A stretch of 64,000 nucleotides of DNA, taken from Paraphysomonas bandaiensis (Eukaryota > Protista > Chrysophyceae). The DNA lies in contig CBFFRP010000046.1 in NCBI GenBank assembly GCA_965644295.1, positions 62,001-126,000 on the forward strand. Direction: 5' to 3'. Shown here in pieces: positions 13,579 to 26,192 of this stretch. Made by a program: the position numbers and the translations under genes. Within the stretch, counting starts at the first letter, position 1; every line of letters starts with the position of its first letter. The notes beneath the pieces are model-generated. The model saw only the letters and a program-made list of their open reading frames with translations, did not search any database and was not told the DNA's origin.

Positions 13579-14423
13579 ATGGCCACCTCATCGAGCGGAG
13601 TGTCTCCCGTCGTCAGTGTTTTATCCGATCAACAGACTTTAAAAGATGAGATCGCAAACATGTTAGTCCAAAAATCAAGAGACGCTATCTCATCACACGG
13701 GAAGTTCTCCGTTGCATTGTCTGGGGGATCCATGCCAAAGCTTCTCTCTGGTCTGGCCGATCGCAATGATGTTGATTGGGCGGCATGGCACGTGTATTTC
13801 GCTGATGAGAGATGTGTTCCCCTTGATGATGATGACAGTAACTTCAAAGCATGTAATAGCAGCTTTCTGAGCAAAGTTCCGATCCCAGAGAGTAATATAT
13901 TCGTGATCGATGGTTTCGAGAGTCCGGATGATGCTGCGTCAAACTATGAGACGAAACTGCGGAATCTATACCCTGATGCCTCATTGGATCTTGTTTTATT
14001 GGGACTTGGGCCAGATGGACACACTGCATCCCTATTTCCTGATCATGAATTGTTGCGTTATGATGGCGAGAGGGCAGTTGTACCAATATTTGACTCGCCT
14101 AAGCCACCGAGCCGCAGAATCACTCTGACCTTGGCAACTATAAACAAAAGCAAGGAGGTATATTTTTTCTGTAGCACAATCCGGTCTCAATGTGCGCTAG
14201 GTTATGTTCATCGCTACAGGTTCATCTAAAGCAGGAGTTCTGCGGAGAATAATTCAGGAGAATGACTTTGCACTTCCCGCGACACATGTCAGGTATCAAT
14301 AGTGTGTATATTCTTCCATGTCGTAAAGAATAAATGTACGTTAGGCCCGTTTCTGGTAAGCTTACATGGATTTTGGACCGTGAAGCTGCCGCAGAATTAA
14401 CAGCATCCAGCCAGGAACTGTAG
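13579..14423 (+). CDS. PGLS: 6-phosphogluconolactonase
   Basis: VALSGGS, FADERCVP, DSNF, DLVLLGLGPDGHTASLFP and DSPKPPSRRITLT motifs. Short 3' exons end ...WILDREAAAELTASSQEL*. Confidence 0.95.
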
Positions 14424-14888
14424 TGTGTAGTTTGCTCTGCTTGTCTACGAACTAGCCTTTACAATGTATGATCCTTAAAAATCAGTAATTCCATGTACCA
14501 TGTTGGAAGAATGGAATTACCAGAGTAGAGTATATTGCTCGAACTTACAATTATTAAGACTTACAATTATTCAAGAATACTTGATCTCGTGAATACTGAA
14601 CTGTTAAAGAAAACTTAATAGTTTCGGGTTACAGTTATCAGACTGCATTGAATGTTTCAGGAGCATAAGTAATCGTAGAATCTTCTCTGTCGTTTCGGCA
14701 GTCGAAATTGAAATACAATTATCGTTTGCTTAAAGTTGAAGGAGAGTAGTGTCTGCCGTTGCATTGCATTTTGCTTTTGATATATAAAACAATAATAGTT
14801 TAGGCTACAAGACGGTAGTATAAAACATAGAAGATGTGTTGGACATGCTTGTGTATCAATTGCTGAATTGCCAATTAAAATAATTGGC

Positions 14889-15338
14889 TATATATTGAAA
14901 GTCTTATTATTAGCAATAGGCGTTAAAAACCTGCACCAACAACATAGTAGCTAGATGAATGCTAGACAAACTAGTTAGACCTCTACCTGTAACTAATCAG
15001 TACACACTTTTTTTATTCTACTACTTAACGCTACGGAAGCTGCTTGTGCGTCGCCGCAAGCACCAAGGTTCGACCACTTCCCCTCTGAGTTCTTAAGGGG
15101 AACATCCCGGATGCTTGACTTCAGCAGGCAGCCCAATACCCCGGTTATACCCTTCAGGTGGGCCCATTCCCGGATTCCTGTTTATTCGTCAGGGCCCAAA
15201 GAGGTCTACACAACACTCAAAGTCGGACTCGAACCTTTTCGTGGTGTTCTGGGGGATATGTACCGGAGAGATTCTCTCTGGGAAACTAACGTGAGCCGCA
15301 AACATAGTCAACAGATATTCTTCTGCCCACGCTTAGCC
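14889..15338 (-). mobile_element. SINE-like non-autonomous retroelement copy with inverted 5' segment
   Basis: 14889-15216 is the reverse complement of the 3' part of the 24548-25070 copy. 15218-15338 is the 5' part in the opposite orientation, followed by (CCCTAA)2. Confidence 0.75.
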
Positions 15339-15362
15339 AAACCCTAACCCTAATCGAATAAT

Positions 15363-15792
15363 TTGCCTACGTGGTACAGTTTCAGATTCAATGGGAGTGA
15401 GTTCGATTTACATGTGTTTAGTGACTCAGACTGGGCTGGTGATAGGATGACTCGGCGGTCCAAAACAGGATACATCGTGTTTTATGTGCGGGCGCTTTGG
15501 CCTGGCAGTCCAAGCTTCAGACCACAGTTGCGACTTCGAGCATGGAATCTGAGTATATGGCGGAGTATGCGGCTATATGAAACAACTGGTGTGGCTTCGG
15601 GGGGTATTCAAGGAGCTCGGACTCTTAGTATCGAAGCCGACTCCATTCTTTATGGACAGCAAGAGTGCAAAGGATTTTTCTGAGAACCCAGTGTATCATA
15701 AGAGGTCGAAGCATGTTGACATCAAGAAGTATCACTTGGTAAGAGAGTATGCTAATGGAAAATTTCCTACAGCAATGATTCATGTTGGTTAA
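15363..15792 (+). pseudogene. Ty1/copia RNase H fragment, frameshifted
   Basis: FSDSDWAGDRMTRRSKTGY, WQSKLQTTVATSSMESEY, WLRGVFKELG, MDSKSA and NPVYHKRSKHVDIK, spread over several frames. Confidence 0.9.
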
Positions 15793-15982
15793 TCATAATT
15801 GTGTGACAGCATAAGGGTCAGTATGCACTTTAATCTCAGCACACAAGAGTAAAAACATGACAAAGATCATAGGCGAAGAACAAGCTGAGCACCTCCACAA
15901 CGATCGTCGAGATACATAGCATATAAGCTGATCGCAGATATTCAACGGCTTCAAAATATTCAAGAGTATAGAAGTGTAAATG

Positions 15983-16301
15983 ACCCTCAACAAATTCGGA
16001 CTCGCACCTTTTCGAGGTGTTCTGGTGAACAGCGCGGATGCTTGACTTCACCCCGGTTACACTTCAGGTGGGCCCTGTTCCAGATGCCCTTGAGGTGGGC
16101 CATTCCCGGATGCCTGTTTATTCGTCACGGCCCAAAGACGTCTACACAAGTGACACTTATTAGTGTTCCATGTACCACACAAGCATTCGGCTATGAGTGG
16201 GCAGACCAATATATGCTGTTTATGTTTGTGGCTCACGTTTGTTTCCCAGAGAGAATCTCTCCGGTACTTATCCCCAGAACATTCGAGTCCGACTTGAGGG
16301 T
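15983..16301. mobile_element. Rearranged copy of the SINE-like family
   Basis: Short plus-strand 5' end (accctcaacaaattcggactcgcacc) joined to a minus-strand middle-to-5' segment. ORF 16042-16314 nearly matches ORF 24552-24917. Confidence 0.75.
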
Positions 16302-16799
16302 GCTTGACTCTTGATTAATTGTTGGATATTAATATCCGATATTGGATACCTGTCACTAATTAATAGTTGCACAAGCCTGGTGCTGGGTACCTGACATTTA
16401 TGTGAATTCGGTGTTTTGCAGCACGCGGACGGATTATAACGTAGTACTATAACACCGAAGCTCTGGAATACTATATTCGGCTGTAGCGCGAAGCAAATGC
16501 TGTATTGAAACTATATCATTTTACTTCTTATATTTACTTATATATGTAATATGAACAGCAATATGGAACAATGATGAACATTTCCAATATCTCCACTTAC
16601 AAGAATGCATGAACTAGGAGGTTGCTTACATTGAACAAGCCGCATAAACATCAATTCGACGGCACCTTACACTTTCAACGAGCAAATCAACATTGGTGCT
16701 ACTAACACAGTCCACAGCATGATAGAGTGCCATCACATAATATTCGATCAGATAACACTAGGTTAAATCCAAATATTAGTTGTTGACAGTAGATACTAG

Positions 16800-18759
16800 C
16801 TACTTTGTATCTTCCATCGTCTGGTCGGGGGCAAGAGTAATAGAACGGCGGGTCGTTGAGTACACAAGTACAGTCTCGTAAAATGTTTTGAACTCATCGA
16901 AATCAATGCGACCATCTTTGCTGACGTCAATAGCAGAGAACAGTTCTTCTATAGAGCTAGTTGTGGTAGTGCCATCCAATCCGGTCACCAAGAGTGGAGT
17001 AGATTCATCTTGCAATAGGCATGCAACTGCTACCTTTAATTCCTCCAGATTTATATACCCAGTCTCATTGATATCAAAAATATCAAAATAGAGCCGAGCA
17101 GCCTCGTCTCCCTCTTTCTTCGCTGCAGCAGCTTCATCTTCTGGACGAAATGCAAGCATAGTAAGTAGGAAGTCCTTGAGATTTATAGTGCCAGTACTGC
17201 CTATGTCAAATATACCAAATACCTGCGGGGTTGCGAGCTCGGGCAGACCACACTGCAAAATAAGAGACTCAAAAGTGGCATAGTCGATGTCCCCGACTGA
17301 ACTGCTTCCATTCCCGCTATCTTGAACAGCATCGGTGGAAAAACTCCCCTTCTCATCCACACTGGAGGCAGAATCAGATGCTTCTGGAACTGGCACCACA
17401 GGTGTGGATGTGCCACTACTTCCTGCGGCGCTCTTGCGGGAGGATATACTCTGGATAACGGCGCTCTTGAGATTCTTCAGCTTATCCGCAAAACTTGAGG
17501 TACTTGCAGGTGGAAGAGGTGGGAGCCCAGTCCCCTCTGTGCCTTGAGCTTCGCGCACAACCACACTGCTGTCGTGACTATTGTCGCTGTCTTTTTGCTT
17601 GATAGCGTCCTGATCAGTCTGCTCTCTGAGCTGATGTTGCTGGTGTATGACTGGCAGAATGAGCTTGAGACTATCTCTGCGTATCTTGTTGCCCTCCTCG
17701 ATATTATTTTCCACGAAGAAAGTTTTCATCTTCTGGCGTATACCCAAGTGCTTGATGCGCTGCAAGTACTCGGAGCCGAGGTCCTTCTTGGGCGCTGTCT
17801 CTGTTGTTACCCAAGGATGCCGCAGAATTTCCTGGGCCGAGATGCGCTCATCGACATCCTTGACAAGTATTTTCGCCACCAAGTCCTTTGCGGAGTCAGA
17901 TATGCCTTCCCAACCCACCCCGATCATAGGAAAGTAAGTTCGCTCCGTTATTTGCTCTGGGTGTTTTGGATGGAACGGCGCGAATCCACTTAGCACTGAC
18001 AAGAGAACACCATGTTAAGTTAGAGACAAATAGTATGAGAAGACGTAGACAACTTACTGCAATAGAGACATACACCCGCCTGCCATATATCCGAGGCAGG
18101 AAGATACATTCTGTGGAGAAGAGACTCAGGTGCAACATATCCCACAGTACCTTGTATGCTGGAACTCTTATGGTAACTTTTGTTCGGAGGCAATCGCACC
18201 ATCATCCCAAAGTCGATAATCTTAACAGGTGAGTTGGGTTCTCTATTTACCAGCATAAGATTCTCCAACTTCAAATCTGACAGAAAAATATATCACTGCA
18301 GTCAGAATATGACACTGAGTCAGTACCTCTATGTAAAAAACGTCTCTGATGTAAACTGTCCAGCGCCACTACAATCCCCCTAAACACTAATGCAAGGTCC
18401 TTCTCAGATACTTTTCCGCTACATTCAATTTTATCAAATAGCTCTCCGCCCTCCAATAACTCCATGACAATAACGGGATAGCTGCGTCTGTATATCTTGC
18501 CGGAGACTATGCCGCGAGGGGAGTCCATGAAAGTGGCCTCCAGCTGCACGATACCCACAGCGCCTCTCAGAGAATCAAGCAGATCGATCTCTTCATAAAT
18601 ATCTCTCTCATTGGGTTCCCTATTCGTGTATCCGAAGAACTTTAGAGCGACTTTCTTTCCCCCTCTTGTCTTCCACTTGGCCGCATACACTTTACCCGCC
18701 CCTCCCTGCTGCAGGAAATTTGTGATGATGAAATCGTTTGGGTTAGCAACGTCAGTCAT
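16800..18759 (-). CDS. Calcium-dependent protein kinase-like (CAMK kinase domain + C-terminal EF hands)
   Basis: GGAGKV, VALK, HR|DLKLEN split by an intron, DFG, GTVGYVAPE and DIWQAG. EF loops DIGSTGTINLKD, DINETGYINLEE and DVSKDGRIDFDE. Confidence 0.9.
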
Positions 18760-19217
18760 ATATCAATATCAGTATAGAATTAGAGAGTCATGCAGTACTA
18801 AGAGATGCTGTGCTCTTGTCTGCATACTAATATCTATATGCATATATTTCCATATATATATACCACTATATGCGTGTGTGTACTCTGCTGCACAGCAGGA
18901 TACGCGAACAAGAAGGATGTATATGTACGTATGTATGCCTATGTACTCTGCTGCACTGGATTGTGTGGTATAGTGTACCTATATCGACTATACAACACAG
19001 AGGGTACACAAAACAGGAGATTTCTATAGGTATTTTTGCAGCATATACTGCATTTTCCATGTTTTCAATTTCGAAATCTTGAAAAGTCCACTGCATGTAC
19101 TTCGTCTAGAGAAGTAAGTGGAAGTAGAGAGGCAGCCATGTCTATACATACATATCTTCAGCACTATATATACGCATACAATCCGCCTCTGGCCATTGCT
19201 CATACTGCCAGGCGATC

Positions 19218-22200
19218 ATGGCTAGCATTGATAAGTTGCAGATACGAGGAATTCGATCATTCAGTCCTCATCGCGATGAAACGATAGAGTTTTATTCTCC
19301 TCTGACTATGATTGTGGGGGTGAGTGTGTGCTTATACACGCATATATATACAGAGAGACCCCACCATACACACATATGTATACCATGCGTCCTCTGTATA
19401 TGGCAGTATACCATCCTTCTATCCGTACGGAGACAGTGACTGACTGTGGCTGACTGTGACTGTGTGCAGGCTAATGGCTGTGGGAAGACAACTATCATCG
19501 AGTGTCTTAAGATGGCGTGTACGGGTATTCTGCCACCTTCTTGTAGCTCAGGACAGAGCTTTGTGAACGATCCTGGTATGACCGATAGCATGGAGGTCAA
19601 GGCGCATGTTAAACTGCGGTTCAACAATAAGGCAGGCAACCCCACTGTTGCCATTCGACTCTTTCAGTTGCTAAAGAAGAAATCCAAGCTAGAGTTTAAG
19701 CGTCTTGATGGGACGGTTCGCATGACGAATGATCGCGGCGAAAAGGTGTCTATCAGCTACAAGTGCTCTGACCTGGACAAGCAGATACCCGAGCTTCTTG
19801 GTGTAGCTGCCCCTATGATGGAGAATGTTGTATTTTGTCACCAGGAGGAGAGCACTTGGCCACTGCAGGAGGGTGCCACACTGAAGAAGAAATTTGATGA
19901 CATATTTGATTCAACGCGATATTCAAAGGCCCTGGAGTCTATTACCAAGACCAAAAAAGAGTTCGCTGCAAAGAGCAAGGTTTGATCATGCTCAACTGAC
20001 TTCACACATTAACAGCACCCCTGACGTAGTCATGATATGTTCATGTAGGAGTTGAAAGTGGAAGTAGCAGAGCTTGGCGCTCATTTGACGCACGCTAACA
20101 GCACCCGAGCGGAACTTGAGCGTCATGAAGAAGCTGCAGAAGAGTATAAGACGCTGATGGAGACACTGGCGGATAGAATTGACAGGGCAGATGACAAGGT
20201 GCAACTGATCATGCTCGTTAATCGTTTTGGGGTAATTTGACTTGCTGTAGCTGGCCGAATACAAGGAGGCAGCTCGGCGGGCGAGTGCTCTTCAGAATGA
20301 GCTGCAGTCCCTGCAGTGGCGTGTGGAAGAAGGCGAACGTAGAGTCGTTGAGCGACAGGCAGGGCTGGAAAAGGAATTTCATGAGTCCGACGACGAATTA
20401 CAGAGAATTCTACAAGGTTTTGATTCCGAAATGGGACAGCGTAGTAAAGAGTTAGAAGATCTCATCAGTAAGGTCAATAAAGTTAAGCAGGAAGCCACAA
20501 AGGCCAGGGACCGACTTTCCATTCTCAATACACGTAGGGGTGAAGCCTTCGCCCTGAAGCAACAGTATGACTCCACCCTGCTATTAGAGTCCCGCACCGT
20601 TGCGACAGTTGCTCAGAAATTGGATATCTCTCCTCCAGGTGTCTCGTCTACGGGTCGAGTAGACACTGCGTCTCTTTTACGAGGAATTGACGAACGACTG
20701 CGCTCATCTCGGGTAGCAGGGGAAGAAGCTGTGTCTAAGGCACAAAAATGTTTAAACACAGCAGCCGAGCGAAACAAGGAAGGGCGCATGAACCTTCAAC
20801 AGCTGGAACTAGAGCTTGCAGGTGATGAACGGGAGTTAGTACAGATCAATAAGGACAGGGTAAACATACGAGCAGAGCTGGCTAGTGAGGGTGGGATAAA
20901 CTCAAGCCAGTGGTCTGCAAAATCTGAGGCGGAGGTTGAGTTCAACCAGGCGAAGTCTCAATGGGATGAGTTCATGACCTCCTATTCGACCACAAGCACC
21001 AGGTTGCAAGAGGAAAAACGGCAGACTGAGATCGATATACGATCTCTACAAGAGGAAATTGCCGCAGATGGGAAGCTGCTTCAGGACATGAGCTTTCAAA
21101 GAAAAGAGAGTGAACGACTGACGGCGCAGATGGCTCAGGCAGAGAGTAGTGTTGATGGTTATATTCGAGAGGTTAACAGCATTGCAGACAAACACCGTTC
21201 TCTTCTGCAGCAATACATGTCTGTCGAACAGCTTGGGGCGTTGGTTACTCATGCTGGCCTGGCAGAAGGCGTGCGTGTGTTGGGAGGCAACTTGTCTCAA
21301 CAGCTAGACCAAGAGATACAGAATATGCGAGAAGCTCTGGAAGAAACACGCCGGAATGTTGCCAAGATGCAGGCTGTGAAAGACCAAGACAGTAGAAGAA
21401 TACGTGCTTTGGAAGCAGGTATGGACCGTCTACGATCTGCTGAGGATGGACTACTACAGTGCGTCGGGGAGCTGACGAAATTGGTAGCCGAGGCACCTGA
21501 GGGCTCCGACCAAACCAACGTAAATGGGATAGAAGATCTCAATCGCGTGGTGGCGGCGTTTAAGGACTGGGAAACATTCTGCGGGGAGACAATGATGGCA
21601 ACGGAATCCTCTCACATTTGGCGAAATAGACTGATCAAGAAGAGTAAACCGAGAGCAAAGCCAAGCACCCGTATCTGCCCATGTTGTGAAAAAGTGTGTA
21701 GTGTTTTGCGGTTTAATGCCATGGTGTGATGATGTTCTGCAGGGTATGACGGAGCAGGAGGCGGCTGCATTCGAAAATAATTTGGAAGTGATATTTTGGG
21801 GCAAAAAAGCCACGCCAGCTGACCTCGAACGGACGAAAATGATGTATGAAGAGGCGAAGGCGCTGTCTTCGAAGGCAGCAGCATTTATCAGTCAGGTCAG
21901 TGTGTCGTGCCCAGATGTATATGTGTGATAATGTGAGCCAGATAAGCGGCATGGGCGATGAGAGGGATGAAATTAAAGATATTCAGGAGCGTCTTGCTAA
22001 TGCTGATGACCAAATTAATGATCTGCGACAGCGGGAGGAAACATTAAATGCCGAATTGACGGTCAAGTCTCGACTGGCCACCGAGTTGCGTGAGTGTGTT
22101 TACGAGCTAACAAGTGTGCAAGGACAGTGGGTGGGAGCAGTGCAGCGTCTGGAAGACATTAAGGGAAAGCAGACGAGGTTACTCTCTTTAATGCAGCCGT

Positions 22201-24039
22201 CTGCTTTGACTGCTAGTGGTGGTGGGCCGCGCACTCTGAATGATATAGAGCAGGACCAGCGTCGACGAGAAGAGGAGAAAGACGCTTTACAGAAGAAAAA
22301 GGAGCGGCTCATGGAAGAAGACTCCCGGCTCACACGACAGTTACACACTCTGAAAAGTAACCTTGCTGATAAAGATAGGGCCCTTATGGAAGTGGTTAGC
22401 CGTGTGGCTCGTGTAACGGACTTGAAGGATCGACTAAAACTTCTTGATGATAAAGAAGGCGAAATAATGACGAGAAAGGGAACGAGAATCCGCAGCAAGG
22501 TCCAACTGGAACAGAGGGCCATGCAGTTGGAATCGGAGGATAAATCTGCTAGAGATACACTGATGCGGGTAGAGGCACAATCTCGTCATGAGTTGGAGGA
22601 AGTGCAGGCATTGCGTGCGGAGGTAATGAGAGTCAGTGAGCAGTGCTCGGAGAGTGGCAAGAGGTATGAGGACATGAACCTTGACGGTGTGGAGCGGGAG
22701 ATCGACGGTGTCAATCGCGAGCTTGAGAGTAAAGATAAAGCCCTTGCCGAGCTGGATCCGAGAATACGGGATCTCGAGCAGCAGCTGTCACAAAGAGAGC
22801 GGACAAAGAAGATAGTAGCGGACAATATATCTGTGCGTAGTGCCCGTCGTGAAGTGGAGGAGTTGAAGATTGAACTGGCTGAGGTTGAGCGGCGTGTAGA
22901 GTCCTGTGGTGGTGGGCGGCGTGTACATGACGTTGCGAGAGAGATCCAGCGTGTAGAACAGGAGAAACAGAAGCTGGAGAGGGAGCAGCATACTCACAAG
23001 GTTTATAGAGGCTTTTCCTGATATTATTTACAACAACTGTTTACTCTGTCAGGGTCGTATGGATGTGACGATAGAACAGATAAGTGAATTGAAGAAAAAA
23101 CTGAAGGGGCCCCTGTATAAGAATATCGATGACAGACACCGGTAGAGTATATGGACCAGTGTGTGCAGTTATGTGACTAGTTTTCTTTTCACCGTAGGGT
23201 GAAGAATATCGAATATGAAACCACTTTGCTGGCAGTGAGCGACTTGGACTGCTACCACCAAGCCCTTGACTCTGCCTTGCAGCGGTTTCATACTTTGCGC
23301 ATTGATGAGATAAACAAGGTTGTTTAAGAATTTTCCCACTTTCCCGAGCTGATAGGATATATGCGCTCGTGTTAAATGTAGATTATTAAAGAGCTCTGGC
23401 AGTTAATATACCGCGGGGGGGATATCGACATGATAGAGCTCGTTTCTGGTAGCGAGGACGGAGGGGGAAGAGCAAGCAAAAGCTATAACTACAGGGTAGT
23501 CATGCGCAAGGGAGATACTCCACTGGATATGCGTGGGCGTTGTTCGGCTGGTCAGAGAGTGCTGGCGAGTATTGTGATCCGGCTTGCACTGGCTGAGACC
23601 TTTTGCGTTAGCTGCGGCATGCTGGTTGGTTGTTAGCGATTTGTTTATATCCATTAATTGTGCTTGTAGGCCCTGGATGAACCCACAACGAATTTGGATG
23701 AGGCGCACAAGGCGGGGCTAGCCCACGCTCTTTCTCGAATTATCAGTAGCCGATGCCAGCAGCAGAATTTTCAGTTGATCATTATTACGCACGATGAGGT
23801 ATGTAAACTATGTGCACGGCGTAGTCTAGTTACAATGAAATAGGATTTTGTCCGCATGATGAACACGGAGCTGTCCTCTATGACGGATTTCAGTCTGCCC
23901 GAGCATTACTTTAGAATATCAAGACAGGAAGAGGGAAACTCTAGTAAATACTTCAGGTGAAAACGTACCTTAAATGCACTTCCAACTTCTGAATTTTGTT
24001 TACAGCCATATTGAGAAAATTCCATGGGATGATATGTAA
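19218..24039 (+). CDS. RAD50: DNA repair protein RAD50 (multi-exon)
   Basis: [15 protein letters not shown], Walker A G|[15 protein letters not shown]-loop FCHQEES, zinc hook CPCC, signature MRGRCSAGQ, Walker [11 protein letters not shown] and H-loop IITHD. Ends KIPWDDM*. Confidence 0.97.
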
Positions 24040-24547
24040 CTGGAATAACTCGAACATTGCGGTTTATTGCTGCAATTCACACTAAAAATATTTTTGCTAT
24101 TTTTGGCACACATCAGTCCTGCTGTACATTGCTGACAGAATGATATAGTCGCCCATTTAAATAGTTTTAAAACTGTCTAGTCGTATTCACTTTTATTACT
24201 TGATATTTCTTTAATCCTATGACTATACTCGGCTTATTCACGGCATGTTGTAATACGTACGTTTTGAAGCATATAGTAGGTCTGATCGATTCATAGCAAA
24301 GTGTGTTGAAATGAAAACTGTGCCTACAATGTCTTTTTTAGTCTTTTATTTGGAATAATAATTGAGAGATTGAGCAAACGGCAAATTATGCTTCGACCTA
24401 ACAAATGCAATACTGATTTCGTTGGTAATTTGGGGGGTATCAAGCAGCGTGCATAAAAAGTACTTGAATTACCGATTAAACTAATTAATTATTACATATT
24501 GAATTAGTTTTCAATGAAAGTAATATAGGTGTATGTATTATCCATCC

Positions 24548-25070
24548 ACCCTCAACAAAGTCGGACTTGCACCTTTTCGTGGTGTACTGGGGTCTGGGGG
24601 ATAAGTACCGGAGAGATTCTCTCTGGGAAACAAACGTGAGCCGTAAACATTAACAGCATATATTGGTCTGCCCACTCATAGCCGAATGCTTGTGTGGTAC
24701 ATGGGACACCAATAAAAGTGTCACTTGTGTAGACGTCTTTGGGCCGTGACGAATAAACAGGCATCCGGGAATGGGCCCACCTCAAGGGCATCTGGAACAG
24801 AACCCACCTGAAGTGTAGCCGGGGTATTGGGCTGCCTGCTGAAGTCAAGCATCCAGGATGTTCACCTTGAGAACTCAGAGCGGAAGTGGTCGAACCTTGG
24901 TGCTTGCGGCGACGCACAAGCAGCTTCCGTAGCGTTCAGTAGTAGAATAAAAAAAGTGTATACTGATTAGTTGCAGGTAGAGGTCTAACTAGTTTGTCTA
25001 GCATTCATCTAGCTACTATGTTGGTGCAGGTTTTTAACACCTATTGCTAATAATAAGACTTTCAATATAT
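24548..25070 (+). mobile_element. SINE-like non-autonomous retroelement, most complete copy (~520 bp)
   Basis: Begins accctcaacaaagtcggac and ends taataataagactttcaatatat. It is homologous to several other loci in the window, and its 3' hairpin and terminus resemble the 3' end of the LINE fragment at 33399-33560. Confidence 0.75.
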
Positions 25071-25194
25071 GCCTTATCGATAGAGCTGTATCCACCAAGT
25101 TACCAAAGTAACGTAAAACTCTCGCCCAGTTGATAGATAATTAGAAGTGCATACTATTGTGCTACAACAAAGTCGGACTATTGTGTACGTAATA

Positions 25195-25865
25195 ATATAT
25201 TAAAAGTCTTGTTATTTAGCAATAGGCGTTAAAAACGTGCACCAAAATAGTGGCTAGTTGAATGCTAGACATACTAGTTAGACCGCTACCCATAACTACT
25301 CAGCACAAATTCTATTATCCTACTATTTAACGCTACAGAAGCTGCTTGTGCGTCGCCGCAAGCACCAAGGTGCGACCTACGTATTAATATTAATTATCGA
25401 TTTCAGGTTAGCGGAGTCAATTATTTAGTGCTAAAAGGTCCACAAGATGCACTTTACACCTCAATACCGTCTGAGACTCGCACCTTTTTGTGCTATTCTG
25501 GGAGATTAGTACCGGAAGTATTTCTCCCGGAAACTAGAGTGAACCGCATATATATAGTCAGCAGATATTGTTCTGCTCACTCATAGCCTAATAAGTGTCA
25601 CTTGTGTAAGCGTGTTTGGACCGCCTGCTGAAGTCAAGCATCCGGTAATTGGCCCACCTCCAGGACATCCAACATCTGGGGTATTGGGCTGCCTGCTGCA
25701 GTCAAGCATTCGGGCTGTTCACCTTGAGGACTCAAAAGTCCTGAAGGCAACAGATATCATGTATATATGTATATCAACATTCTGCTTGCTCACAGTGTTT
25801 GCTTTGAGTGAGAGGGCAAAAGTGGTTGCACCTTGGTGCTTGCGGTGACTCACAAGCAGCTGTCG
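25195..25865. mobile_element. SINE-like family: inverted 3' tail (25195-25378) abutting a longer plus-strand subfamily copy (25380-25865)
   Basis: Tail motif tattaaaagtcttgttatttagcaataggcgttaaaaac in minus orientation. The plus copy has a 5' extension (atttcaggttagcggagtc...) and a ggactcaaaagtcctgaaggcaacagat insert, both shared with the 34.7-kb copy. Confidence 0.7.
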
Positions 25866-26124
25866 TTATATAGTAGGAAATAAGAGTTAAGCATTGACTG
25901 TTGAGATCTGAAGATTCTATATACTTGCAATTGAGTGCAGTATTATGTGAGATGCAAGGATCGAAAGATATATATGTAATTAGTACATTATATTATGTAG
26001 TATGAAACTGAAGTAGAAGTGGATGACTATACAGGATACGATCACTGAGTGGGTGGTTTGTACACTATAGTAGTAAATGAATGGTGTTGAACACATCGAA
26101 CACAACTTAGGTTCTTTATCATGT

Positions 26125-26192
26125 AATGTTTATAATTTCATCTTATCAGTTGAGAATAGAAAACCTTAGCAAATAATGTCAACTTCTGTTAT
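26125..26192 (+). repeat. 68-bp direct repeat, left copy flanking the copia body
   Basis: aatgtttataatttcatc...aacttctgttat is identical to 29844-29911. Confidence 0.95.

Noticed and set aside
24590-24632. Hammerhead ribozyme in the SINE-like 5' domain
   Set aside because: A hairpin followed by GAAAC is present, but the CUGANGA core is absent in the copies examined.
24552-24917. Recurrent ORFs (15111, 16042, 24552, 25612, 48265) as a protein family
   Set aside because: They are translations of the non-coding SINE-like repeat; frames and indels differ among copies.
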